Shown in pieces: positions 25,838-37,689 of a stretch of 64,000 nucleotides of DNA (position 1 is its first letter; each line of letters opens with the position of its first letter). Made by a program: the position numbers and the translations under genes. This DNA is from Callorhinchus milii (lineage: Eukaryota): NCBI RefSeq assembly GCF_018977255.1, contig NW_024704743.1, positions 23,562,001-23,626,000 on the forward strand. Direction: 5' to 3'. The notes beneath the pieces were generated by a model. That model saw only the letters and a program-made list of their open reading frames with translations, was not told where the DNA came from and ran no database searches.

Positions 25838-26250
25838 ACATGGCTCAATTGGTAGCATTCTCCCGAGTCAGAAAGTTGTGGGTTGAAGCCCTTTGTTGGA
25901 ACTTGGAGCTCATAGTTGAGGACAGTGCTGGAAGAAAGCTGCACTTTTATAGGTGACATCCTTCAGTTGAGACATTAAACTAAGGTCCCATTTGCCTATT
26001 CAGGTGCACATTAAAGATCCTATGATATTACTTAAAAATAGAAGGGGTTCCTCCCAGTGTCTTACCTACAATACTCCATACAACATTGGTCATTCACTTC
26101 ATGGTTATTTGTAGGAGACTGCTGGAGAAAATTGACTGTTGAATGCACCTGTAAATACAGTCATTACACTTTATATAGTATGTCCTGTGAAGCGCTTTGA
26201 GATGTCCTCCCAAAATGAAGGTACTATATTAAAATGCAAGGATTCTTATT
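25838..26250 (+). mobile_element. Older DeuSINE (SacSINE1-like), near full length
   Basis: tggctcaattggtagcattctc...agtcagaaagttgtgggttgaagccc...gagacattaaactaaggtccc...caggtgcacattaaagatcc...gtgaagcgctttgaga...aatgcaagg. Confidence 0.85.
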
Positions 26251-28844
26251 ACGATATTAATATCATCATTATTATTCAAAGCACTTTTTCTTCCTATATC
26301 CAACTAATTATTAATTGGAGGTGTGAATTCCTGATACAAGCAAGATTTGTTTTCTTCCTTTGTAGAAGAAAATTGGAATCAAACACCTAAACATTTTATG
26401 GTATCCTATTTGACTGTTTATAAACAATGGACTTCACTTTATATCTTTAAAGTAATTTTGCAAATTGAGATCAAATGTTTTGCACCTGTTCTTTTAAATC
26501 TGTTCAAAAAGACCAGTTAGGGGATTGGGTGATGATGAAAGTCTACTGTGTCTTCTAGCTGTACGTGTTCTGACTATAAAGAGTATGGTAGCTCACAAAG
26601 GGCAAGAATCCATAGGGAAACTAGCGATAATTCAGCACACTCTGAGAACCTTTAAGCATGTTTAATGTGGAACAATGGAGTGAAAAGGCATATGAATTGG
26701 GTCATCCCCAGGAGAAGCAGTCATCATTTAGCAGTGTTTTCTGCAGGAGAACACCCCCTGAAAATCATGCTGACTCACCCTGACTTTGGCCCTGACCTAA
26801 ACTCTCCTTGAAGTTGATGTCTTTCGCAATCAGTCTGACCTGCAGGGGATTGCTGGTTTAATTACATTTTGTGCATTGGGAGGAGGTGAGGGAGGAGGTG
26901 AACAAAAGTGTGGCCGAGAGGTAGGTTTTTAGGCCACATTCAAAGTACATGTTAAAGTTTTATTCTGCAACCAAGTGTGTTACATCTGAGCAACTTAATG
27001 GGTAGATATAACAAAATATAAATAATTTTAAAGCAACGATCATATAATCTGCAATTTTAGTTTACCTCATGTGGAATTGTGATCACTGATCAGCAATAAA
27101 TGAAGAGTACAATGGATACGAGTTAGGGCATTGCCTCAGGAGTTCCGAACTCACTGAGATAATGTGCCCAGTTGACTTACTACAGTCAGAGTGCTGTATG
27201 TTTGATCTGTAACACAAGTGTGCAGCAGTACACAGAATATTATAGTTTTTCTTTATGCTGCAGACTTGCTGAGTGCTGTGAGGCACAGATTAAACATAAA
27301 TGAGCTGAATACGAAGTCTAAATTTCAACCCCAAATCCTGTTTTGGCAGATTGAAAATATAACCACAGATGCAGTCAGATTGGTGATTATATGATGACGT
27401 ATGATCCTACAGCCATTATCAGGCTTTACAGTTATGACTGTATTAACTGTGTCCTTTAGTGAGGTTGGAGTTAAACCAAAATCTGCCCGAACATTCAGGG
27501 CAAAAGGTTTCATTAATGATGTAGGTTTCAATCTCTACCAGGTCTAACTGAAAAGATTCAGAGCACAGAGTAGAACATCCTAAAAATAGAGGCCACTTAC
27601 ATCCTCCGTTAAATAAATGTGGGTTATAACCTTTACAACTAATAAATATAGCTAATCCTACAATACAATCATCTAATAATTGCTAAACACAGAACCATCC
27701 ATCAGAACCCAGAGTTTCATTTGCATTTATGTGTTTAAGGTAATTTGTGATCAGCAATAAAGGGTCCCAGAACCATAAATGTTTTATGTTGCTTGTAATT
27801 ATTGCCGACAAAAGACACTGAGTAAATTACATTTTGATTTGATAGGACAAGATCATTTTGTTACTGTTTCAACAATAAGCTGCCCAATCTCTTTCAGAAT
27901 ACCACAGCATGTTATTGAATTTCAGCATTTTGTATCCTCACTTCAGCAGTTAAAATAATTCAGCTTCAAGGTTGAATACAGGCCTACATCAATAGAAGTG
28001 CTTGTGGGATCTCTTTTTCAAAATTCAGAGTTTTTCTTTCAAGAATTCAAGCCTATTATTGTTTCCTGCAATCATAATTACCCATCAAAGATACAGTGCT
28101 CAACTGAGCCCAATTCATGCACTGCATGTCTACAAAAAGCATGTAGTGCTTCTAATTCTAAAGAAAATTTAACCCAATTACAGGGTTTCAGCTACACAAA
28201 GCCTCTTAATGAGTTAGTCCTTGCAGGGCGATGTTAAAGCTACTTCCATCATAAAGCTGTCATGGGTGAACAAGAGGGCTGAATTCAGTAGTTAACCATT
28301 CCTTTGTGGTTCTAATTGTAGCCAAGAGCCACAGAGCACTCTGCACTGGATTCCACGTCCATTTAGATTTTACTAACCTGCCTCTAACTTGAAGCACATT
28401 GTGATCTGCTATGACTGTCCCCAACTAAGCCTTAATTAACCCATGGATATTGGACCGATATCATAGTGGCAAGCAAATTGTGTTAGCGCTCGTGTGAATT
28501 GTCTCAATTTATTGCCCCCCACCCCCCACGCCCCGACTCTGACACAATGGTTAAGCCTGAACCAACCTGTGGCATGCACTGTACTTGCCAGCCCATAGAT
28601 ATGGTTTGCAGGATAATTGCCCAATTCTGAATTTCTTTGTTGAATTAGTCTGATATCGTCTTAACTGTCACTCAGTCCATGGCTGGCAGGTCAATTGGCA
28701 CTTTGGGTGGATCATGCCCAATTGATAAAACACGGACAGGACAGACGTTTGTATCAGTGATGTGCTAAAATTACACTTCATGTTAATGTTAATTCCACTT
28801 AACTTTAATGTTAATTACATTTAATGAATGTTAATTCCATTCAC

Positions 28845-28988
28845 TGACAAAATATACAGTCATGATAGTCAACAAGCGCTTTGAGACGTCTCGAAGACTA
28901 TATATCAAATGCAAGGATTATTATTATTGTTATTAAGACACGATAAAGCTGTATATTAAATGCAAGGTTATTATTTATTATTATTAAT
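28845..28988 (+). mobile_element. Two stacked SINE tail fragments
   Basis: aagcgctttgagacgtctcgaagac...aaatgcaaggattattatt, followed by a second aaatgcaaggttatt. Confidence 0.75.
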
Positions 28989-29447
28989 ATTGACTACTTC
29001 AAGGTTATGATTTTGACACCAATCATGGTCCCTGGTCGTACAGAGCTAGTCCATATTTAACGACTCGCACACAGCTTGTTTTATTGACATTGCAGCATTC
29101 TAACTTGGAAGAAATCATGCAGTTGGAAAAAAACTTTTTTTTTACACAAGGTTCCTAGTAATAGGTACCAATTCTTCTGAATTACTTCCAAATGTCACGC
29201 CTCAACTGTTACTTCAGAGTCAAATTGATTTTCAGGTTCTAAAAAGCACTCTGTTACAGGCAGTAAATTTCTCTAATTTGATCAAACAGGGGAACGATAT
29301 TGATGAAAGCAGGTCAGCAATTGATAAAGTGTCCACTCTTTGCCATGCTTAGTCCCTCAAAGTCCTGTATGGAATAATGACATGCTGTAGGCCCACAAAT
29401 ATAGGGTCAATTAACTTTACAGTATATTCTGTGATGCGCTTTGAGGC

Positions 29448-29998
29448 AATAACAACAAGATTACATTTGTATAGCGCCTTTCACATCAGGAGGATGTCCC
29501 AAGGCGCTGGACGGACTACAGCATTTCAGACCCGAGCTAAAGTCAGGGGACGGAGGGGAGGGGAAGGGGGGTGGCCGATGGCATGATCGAAGAGGAGGGT
29601 CTTGAGGCGGGACTTGAAGGACACTAAGGAGGGGGTGAGGTGGAGTGATTGGGGTATGGAATTCCAGAGGTTGGGGGCAGAGTGGCTGAAGGCTCTCCCG
29701 CCAGTGGTGGGGTGGGTGTGTCGGGGGACGTGGAGCAGGCCAGAGCCGGCTGAGCGGAGGGAACGGGCGGGTTGGTAGGGGGTTAGGAGGTCGCAGAGGT
29801 AGGGTGTGGTGAGGCCATGGAGGGCTTTGTTTGTGAGGACCAGGATCTTGAACTGGATCCTCTGAAGGATAGGGAGCCAATAGAGTCGAGCGAGAGTGGG
29901 GGAGATGGGGTCACGGAGTTTGGTGCGGGAGAGGACGCGGGCTGCAGAGTTCTGGATTATCTGCAGCCTGAGGAGGGAAGAGTTGGGAAGGCCGACAA
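29448..29998 (-). mobile_element. Young L2 3' fragment inserted into a SINE (SINE halves ~29388-29447 and ~29999-30048)
   Basis: Uninterrupted frame LVGLPNSSLLRLQIIQNSAARVLSRTKLRDPISPTLARLYWLP...FKSRLKTLLFD; CpG-rich; the flanks rejoin as the SINE tail. Confidence 0.95.
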
Positions 29999-30109
29999 GA
30001 CTAGAAGACATGAAAAGCGCTATATCAAATGCAAGGATTATTATTATTTTTATAGCCACCTAAATGTTGAATTGTTTCTTAGCGACACCATTATTATTTG
30101 GAAGTAGAT

Positions 30110-30265
30110 CAGACTTGCCCTGAATGGACAAACTGAGATGATAACCTGCCAGGCAAGGATGGGGCTGATAGGCCAGTGGAGCCTAACGTGGGAGAGGACA
30201 CAGTTGCAGACTTCTGAATATACTGCATCTTGTGGAAGGAAGAGTTGAGAAGTCCCAACGAGTAG
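30110..30265 (-). mobile_element. Degraded L2 fragment
   Basis: Reverse complement encodes LLGLLNSSFHKMQYIQKSAT. Confidence 0.7.
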
Positions 30266-30699
30266 CATGATAAAAGCATAGATGTGATAAAAAGCATGGA
30301 TTAAGGTCTTGGTGGCCTAAGCGAAGAAGTTAGGGTAGTTAGGTAAAGTTAAGAAAAACTAAGAGAGCAACAAAGTGATTAATGGCAACTGCTCGCAGTC
30401 AACAGGCAAATGTGTTTAGCCAACTATGTATAATTAACAGTCCATCAGAAATGATTCTTATCTGGGACTGGAGGAATATTCCCATTTTAAAGCTGGATTT
30501 AATACAATAATAAAATAACAAAGGCCTCAAGCAAAAGTTTACACTACAGTAGTTGTACAAGACTTTAGAATAGAGAACTTTGGGATATGAGTGAGGATCT
30601 GGGTAGGGTGAAGTGGGATGTGGTGCCAGAAAAAACAAAAGTTCAAATTATTATTTAAACGATTATTTAAGCAACCTGAAAGCAGGAATGTAAAGCTAA

Positions 30700-31290
30700 G
30701 GATACAAATAGCATTACCAAGTCCGATGTGGCTGATAAAAGGTCAAAAAGGGCCTAAAGGCTAAGAATTATTTTGAAAGATACAAGGAATCAACAAGGTA
30801 GAAGCCCTGGAAGTCATACAAAAGTAATTTGAGGATAGTATGAAGTTGTTATCAGCAGTTGACCTCGAGGGAAATGGCTTATAAATTGAAGCAGGTTATT
30901 TTGACCCTCATTGACAAGGAAGCATTTGGAATGTTGTGCCTATCTTCAAAGGTGTATTGATGAGAGCTCAGAGAGGTATAGCGATGAAGACCTTGGGAGT
31001 TGGATGTTGCGAGAAGAGGCACATTGAACTGTTTTCATTGTGAAACAATCGAAAGAGAGATAGTGATGCAGCAAGTTGGGAATGTTTAAAATGTTGATAG
31101 GTGTGGGCAATCTAGTTGCCAATCGGTTTATTTTACCAAAATTGCAAATGCAAAACTGAACAATGCAAAGAAAAAATTGAAAAGTTTCAAGGAAGATTAG
31201 ACTTTGTTGATCACAGGGTACTAAATATTTGGAAAAGGGCTCCCATCAAACTAACACACATTTACTCTTTCAATAACGAACAATGCTGGC
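30700..31290 (+). mobile_element. Highly degraded CR1-like 3' fragment
   Basis: gttttcattg...aatgtttaaaatgttgatagg...cacagggtactaaatatttggaa resembles the CR1 ORF2 C-terminus. Confidence 0.45.
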
Positions 31291-32003
31291 TAGGCATCTG
31301 AGGGAGCCAAAGGGGATGGTGAGGGCAAAGTTGACGAAAAGCAAACTCAAAGAAGTTGCCTTTGAAAAAGAGGACAGAGGGAACGGGTCAGAAGGAATAC
31401 ATACTAATGAATACAGTCATTACCATGGACACCAATTGCCGGTGAAGCACTTTGGAATGTTGGACTATTTTTGATAGCATGTAAAATACAAGGATTGCTA
31501 TTGATATTATACATAATATTTTTAGCTAATAGATCCAGTGCCTTGTTATACAGTTATTCCGGCAAAATGCTTAATATAACAGTGAAGGGTTATGGTTTAT
31601 GACGTCAGACTACTGTGTGCCACCAAAAGATGTGAAATACTTTTGAGTGTTTCCAATTTAAGTTTGCAAGATGTCGCATTATAATGAATGGGGGTGACAA
31701 ATAATTGGTTGTGGGATGTTCTTTTACATTCTATCCTTGTGAAGCATTTAGTATGTTACAGCCTCTGGACAGTGACACCTCAGTGTTGTGTTATAACAGG
31801 ACTTTACGTTTCTGGAATTATTCCCTGCAGAAGCAATGCTATTCCATATGCACTTGTGCTCATCAACAAATCATACTATCGTCAGATTGACAAACACATA
31901 GGGCCAGAAACCCTCAGCACAGAAAGAAACATGGTTGCATCTCATGAGGTTCATTACTCACTGCTCCATTAGCTGTCCACAATGAAATTGCATTTCTCAT
32001 TTT

Positions 32004-32250
32004 CACAAGATCACAAGATTTGGTTTGATGAAGAAGGCCCTTTGGCCCATTTGATCTCATCCTTCCAGAATACTCACCCTATCATCCTATAAAATATCAA
32101 GCTGTTTTCAAATGAGTCTAGCATCTTGCTCTCAATCACCCTTCCTGATGACTTGTTTCAGTCATTAATTATCCTCTGGGTAAATAAATATTTATTTGGT
32201 ATCTGTTCTGAAATTGTCCTTTGCCATTCTAAACTTATGTCCTTTTGTTA
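32004..32250 (-). mobile_element. CR1-clade LINE 3' end
   Basis: cacaagatcacaagat...gaagaaggccctttggcccat tail; ccctctgggtaaataaatatt (reverse of FTQRxIN). Confidence 0.7.
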
Positions 32251-32254
32251 TGTA

Positions 32255-32676
32255 GAGTCTCGTAAGCATAGTGGTTAGCGCACTCGCCTCACAAGCGAGA
32301 GGGCCTGGCTTCGATTCTCAAGTGAGGCATAACCTTACACAAGTTTCCCTACTGCACAACAACAGCAACAACAACTTGCATTTATATAGCACATTGTATG
32401 CCGGACGGCATCTCAGAGCACTTAACAGTGGTGGAGTCTGATGTTTACCTAGCAGTAAGCAGGAATCCGGTTGTTAGTTGATTGGTTGGCGGATCACTTT
32501 CTGGGGGTAATAATTCCTAAAACCAAACTTGTCATTCAATCGACGACTGTTTGTGGGTTGGTTGCCGCGTTTCGCCCACAAAATAAACAGTCAGTCCACT
32601 TTACAATATATTCTGTGAAGCACTTTCGGATGTCTCAACAATATGATAAGTCGCTATATCAAATACAAGGATTATT
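32255..32676 (+). mobile_element. tRNA-derived SINE, long variant, with an antisense L2-type tail inserted at ~32357-32425
   Basis: agtggttagcgcactcgcctcacaagcgaga...aagtttccctactgcac[insert]...gactgtttgtggg...atcaaatacaaggattatt. Confidence 0.85.
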
Positions 32677-33526
32677 CCAACCTTCCGCGACAGAGCAACC
32701 GAGATGCCCTCATTTTTCCTCGACCAAAGATTCCCATCGACAATAATACGGCCCTTGACCGTGTCCGCCCTATTTCCCGGACCTCTGTCCTTACCCCTTC
32801 GCCCTCCCCCATCCCAGAACCATGTTAGGGTCCCCTTAGTCCTTATTATTATTATTACCTACCACCCCACCAGCCTCAATATTCAGCACATCATTCTCCG
32901 ACATTTCCGGCACCTCCAGCGTGACTCATCCACCAAACACATATTTCCCTCACCTCCCCTCTCCGCATTTCGAAGGGATCGTTCCCTCCAGGATTCCTTA
33001 CTTCATTCCGCCGCCAGCACTACCAGCTGCTCTCCTTCCCCAGGCTCTTTCCCATGCCAGCGCGGGAGATGTAATACCTGCCCTTTCAACACCTCCCAGT
33101 ATCCAAGCCCCAAACACAGCTTCCGTGTAAGGCAGCGGTTTACATGTACTATCACCAATGTAGTATACTGTATCCGCTGCTCACGGTGTGGACTCCTATA
33201 GGGGAGACTAAGCGCAGATTGGTGACCGATTTGCAGAATACCTACATTCTGTACGCAAGGTGAACCCTGATCTTCCGGTCTCCTGCCATTTTAACTCACA
33301 CTACCATTCACAGTCTGACCTCTCCATCCATGGTCTCCTACGCTGTTCCAATGATCCACAGCGAAAGCTTGAGGAACAGCATCTTATCTATCTGCTAGGG
33401 ACCCGACAGCCCTTGGGCCTCAATATCGATTTCAGCCACTTCAGACCATAACTGCTCACCCTCCCCCTCTTTCTATTACCAGAAGAATTATCTTCTGCTA
33501 TCATTAGAATCATCACCCCAGACACT

Positions 33527-33730
33527 CTTCAAGGCCGGTCTCAAGACCTTTCTCTTTGACCGTGCCTTCAGCTCCCCTCTCGAATCTCTACCCCCTCCTC
33601 GCTCCCTCCCTTCCCTCCACTCACCCTAACCATTTCCCCCCTGCTCGGGTCCTGACCCAACTGTACAGCGCCTTGGGACGTCCTCCCAACGTGAAAGGCA
33701 CTCAATAAATGGAATCTTGTTGTTGTTGTT
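33527..33730 (+). mobile_element. Young L2 3' end nested in the Penelope 3' region
   Basis: ttcaaggccggtctcaagacc...gggacgtcctcccaacgtgaaaggc...ggaatcttgttgttgttg; same subfamily as 59909-60594. Confidence 0.92.
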
Positions 33731-33912
33731 TGTCTCTCTCTAGTAACACCTCTTCTCCCCCCTTTTGTTTTACAACCCCCCCTTTTTTACGCCACCATCA
33801 TCTCTTTAACCCATCAACTAATACATTCTCTCCTTTGTCTTCTTTTTTGTCTTCTTTGTCCTGCCTCCCCCTCTCAACTTGTCCTTAAAACCTCTCCCTC
33901 CCAACATGCCCC

Positions 33913-33950
33913 AGTTCTGACGAACGGTCTTGGACCCGAAACGTTGAACT
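33913..33950 (+). ncRNA. Minimal type I hammerhead ribozyme-like motif in Penelope terminus
   Basis: agtt-CTGACGA-ac-ggtc-ttg-gacc-c-GAAAC-GTT-gaact. Confidence 0.65.
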
Positions 33951-34329
33951 CACTTTTGTTTTGTGCATCTGCAGTGTTTTGTGCAAGGATTATTATTATT
34001 ACTGTCTTGATAAGTATTGTTCTGGGTTTACTTTTACAATCCAATTTAAATTTTATACGCCTCTATAATGTGCCTTTTGAGTTGTTTTCTCTCAAGAACT
34101 TATCTAATCATTGCTCATTCCTCTCACACTGGGGATCATCCTAATTTGTTCTCCTCGGCACTGCCTCTTGGGGCTAGGCTGCCCCCTTTGTTACAGTGTC
34201 TAGAAGTTTAATATCACAAACTCACCTTCAAGCTTACCATTGAGAAAGGCATGGATGGGGGAAGGTTTGCCGCTAGTTCATTGGACGTGGTAAACATCAC
34301 ACAGACTGCAAATTTGATCACAGTATTAA

Positions 34330-34790
34330 AAATGTGGCCTCACTCGTGATCAATAGAAGGTTAGCATATCATCTTTCAATTTATAGTCAAATGGCCTAGA
34401 GATGCAGCTAAGTCTTGGATTAGCTTTGTTGATAACAGTTTCACACTGACTGGAAACCTTCAGCAAGGGATCAATAATCACACCCAAATCCTTTCCCTTC
34501 ATGAACAAAACACAAATTACTGCAGATGCTGGAATCTGAAACAAATCTGAATCTGAAACGGGTTCTGACGAAGGGTCATGGACCCAAAACGTTGACTCAC
34601 TTTCCTTTCCCCATAGATGCTGCCTGACCTGCTGAGTTTTCCCAGCTCTCTCTGTTTTTGTTCCTTTCCCTTCATCTCTGCTAATGAATGTCCCTTCATT
34701 GTGTACCATTGTTTATTGTTTCTTATAACATTAAGCATTACTTGCATTTATCTGCATGGAAATCTGTAGATATTCCTGACCCAACTTCTT
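34330..34790 (-). mobile_element. CR1-clade LINE ORF2 fragment, interrupted at 34503-34661
   Basis: EGKDLGVIIDPLLKVSSQCETVINKANPRLSCISRPFDYKLKDDMLTFY. Confidence 0.85.
34503..34661. mobile_element. 159-bp Penelope terminal-repeat insertion with a hammerhead-like motif
   Basis: Flanked by tcctttcccttcat at 34489-34502 and 34662-34675; shares both parts with the Penelope terminus at 33913-33983. Confidence 0.88.
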
Positions 34791-37439
34791 AACTGTTCCG
34801 GTACTGAACTAATCTGTTAATGTAACCAAAGGTTTAGGTTGGTAAGGCAACCGGAGCCACCCCTGATCCTATTGCTCCAATTATGTTCTGCTGGGATGAT
34901 CACTTCTTGTTACACAGCAATTTGGAGAGGAAAGCTGAATTGCTCTGACTGGGATAAGGAGACCTCAATCCTCGCTAAGTACAGGGACGAAGCTGTACTA
35001 TGGAGCCAAATACCAATTGTTTCTTTGTGATGTTAAAGAGTTAACAAGGGACTGGTTCTTTCAAAGATGAGGAACTTTTTGTATTTAATTTTTTAAGTCA
35101 AAAAGTTTGTTGGAATTATGGCACTCTATCCAGGATTTGTAAGCTTTATACTGGAGTCAATATCATTGAACCCATTCCAAGAACAGCTCCTGGGAGTGAT
35201 TCCAGGAGCAGGAATCAAAATCAGATCAATGTCCCCAAAGCCTGATCCCTACTGGACTTTTAGTGTCCATCCCATGTGAAAAGTGCGTAGAATCAGCACT
35301 AATAGAGAATTAGAAAAAAACAGATTTGTTAAGATGCAGTTTTATTCTTTAGACAAATGTGTAAAGCAGGCAAGCAGCCAGGAGCTTAACACTGGTATTG
35401 TGGATACAATTCAATCTTGTTGTGTTGCTGTTGGGCCAGGCTTTACTGGGTCTGCAGCTTTCAGGAGGCCGCTGGCAAAGAAAGCTTTTGAATTGCTTAC
35501 AGAAAGCCGACAGGTCAGTTCTCTAGGTTAACCTACGCAATATGTTTGGCTGAGTGGAAAGGCTACCGTGCCTTTAGAATGTAAATGTAAAAGTGTATGG
35601 ACCACAACCCTTCGTAAGATAACTGCTAGGCATATGCCACTTCCAGTAAAGTAAGGATAAACAGCTGCTTGCCCCCAAGGTAACCAGATGGTGTGGTCAT
35701 GAGGACACAGAAACAGTAATAGTGACATGCCAGGAGTTAGGAAGATAGGCCTGCAGTTTAAGTGGGTGACATATACGCTGTTGGATGATGATTCCTTGGG
35801 GGGCTGGTAGGAAACAGGTTGGACTTTGGGATTACTACCAGTTACTGTAGATGCCCATTGGCATTGACTATTTTGTTGAAATACATCAGAAGCACTGATA
35901 GTAGATACAACATAGCAGATATATAGTACATTCATTGTTACATTCATTATTAACAAAACATTCATTTTATTTCTTGTATTTAAATTTCAGGAATGAGCAT
36001 GAGAACAAAGAGAAAAAAATCCACTTTTTCTTTGAAAGTGCACAGAAGGAAGAGAAGGCTGTATCAATTTAGCTACAGCATTCTATACAGAGTGGTGAGC
36101 AAATATGATAGAGCACTCACAGAGGCTGTGAGGGTGGTTTGTGGCAGCAAATTCAACAGGGAGTTGCATAAGCTGTTTGGTGAAATCAATTGAAGGTTTT
36201 GTGAGAGAAGTTCCACTTGGGCCCAGATTTATTCTTAGCATTTCAGAGTGTCCAGAATTTGCCAAATGATAAATATCAAATAGACTGTTGGAATTGGCCC
36301 CATGTTACTGGCTGTTATATTTGGACAATAGCTTGGAGTACATGCCAATCGCCCACCCTCTGCATACCAATGTAATGAAGCTTATTCATGAATGAAATAA
36401 TTCAGTAAAATAGAACTTTCAAATGGTCATTTTTCTGAGAATTGCTCGTGCTATAAAAAATGGTTGGCACTTGTGGTGTGAATCAGATTGAGGTTTTATT
36501 TAGTTTAGCAGTGGGTGTTGTTTTGTGTGCAAATTTTGATGAAGATTTACCCTGCTAGTCAACTTATTGATCATAGGATACCATGGCTGCTGAGGTTTGT
36601 GGCAGCAATACAGGGGTGATTTAGTCTCTGATTTTCCACTGTTCCTGGAGGTTGAAAATTTTCAGATGCAAATCCATATAATGAATCCATCTTAGATGAA
36701 CTGTAACTGAGATTCTCCTTTGCCTGGGACAGTGATGGAACTAATTAGTGTTATGAGGTTTTGGGTTAATTATTTCACAGAGCTTCAAAGTTGAAAATTT
36801 AGTATGTGGTATTGAAGTGTGCTAGTGGGATTATTTAAGAAATATAATGTTTAGATGTTATAATCATATATCAATCTAGCTCTGGAATTTTCATGGTAGG
36901 TGGGATGCATGAAATTCTCAGTTTGGGTTGAAGACACTTAAGCATGGTGATGGGTTTTCCATCTGTGTCAGACACCCAGCTGACCAAAAAAAATGTAGTT
37001 GCTGTATTCTAATTCAGTATCCAGTAATACAAGAAAAATGAATTCCATCCATTATAGTGTTTGTATAATGGTGATACGACTACCTTTGAATGGATGCTGA
37101 TGAAAGTCAAAAGCATAATCCAATTTGAATGATGACTTGGCAATGTAGATTTTCCCTTTACATAATAGCAATGTAATGAGATTGAACTAGCAGGAACCTT
37201 TCACAACTACGTTAGTTTCAGTGCTTGATTTATGTGTAGTTACCTATGATTTCAGGTTACATTACATTTAACCTATCATTTATATTTTTGTTTGAAGTGA
37301 AATGACTGTTGACTTAATGAATTCCTATTTCCAGAGCTGCGTAATGAATCATTGGGTATATAAATTAATGTACATCGAAAACAACATACATTTTTAACTT
37401 TGTTTAACTCTGCCAAGCTTTTATCTGGCCACAGGAGTA

Positions 37440-37654
37440 TCAGGTGTTTATTCTGAGATCATGGCCAACAATCCACCAAATAAAATTTCACTCGTTCCAT
37501 TGCTGCTTGTGGGACATTGATGAGTGCAAATTGGCGGCCTTGTTTGCCCACAAAGTAAATACAGCTGCACCATTTTATAGTAAATCCTGAGAAGTGCTTT
37601 GAGATGTCTCATGATGTGACAAGGCTCCAACTGAAATGCAATGATTATTATTAT
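37440..37654 (+). mobile_element. Degraded DeuSINE-like 3' half
   Basis: atggccaaca...gcttgtgggacattg...gtgcaaattggcggcc...aaatgcaatgattattatt. Confidence 0.78.
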
Positions 37655-37689
37655 ATATTTTTAAAGGTGGGAAGGTAAGTGGACATTAG

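Larger units (their letters stand above)
32677..33983 (+). mobile_element. Penelope-like retroelement, 5'-truncated, decayed GIY-YIG endonuclease plus terminal repeat
   Basis: VPLVL..TYHP, AFRRDRSLQDSL, CQRGRCNTC, FTCTITNVVYCIRCSRCGLL/GETKRR, PVSCHFN, RKLEEQHLIYLLGTRQPLGLN, with frameshifts. Flanked by the 11-bp duplication caaggattatt (32666-32676, 33984-33994). Confidence 0.92.

Noticed and set aside
25235..25855. 206-aa ORF
   Set aside because: Non-ATG start, AT-rich composition, no recognisable domain, and it ends inside a SINE head.
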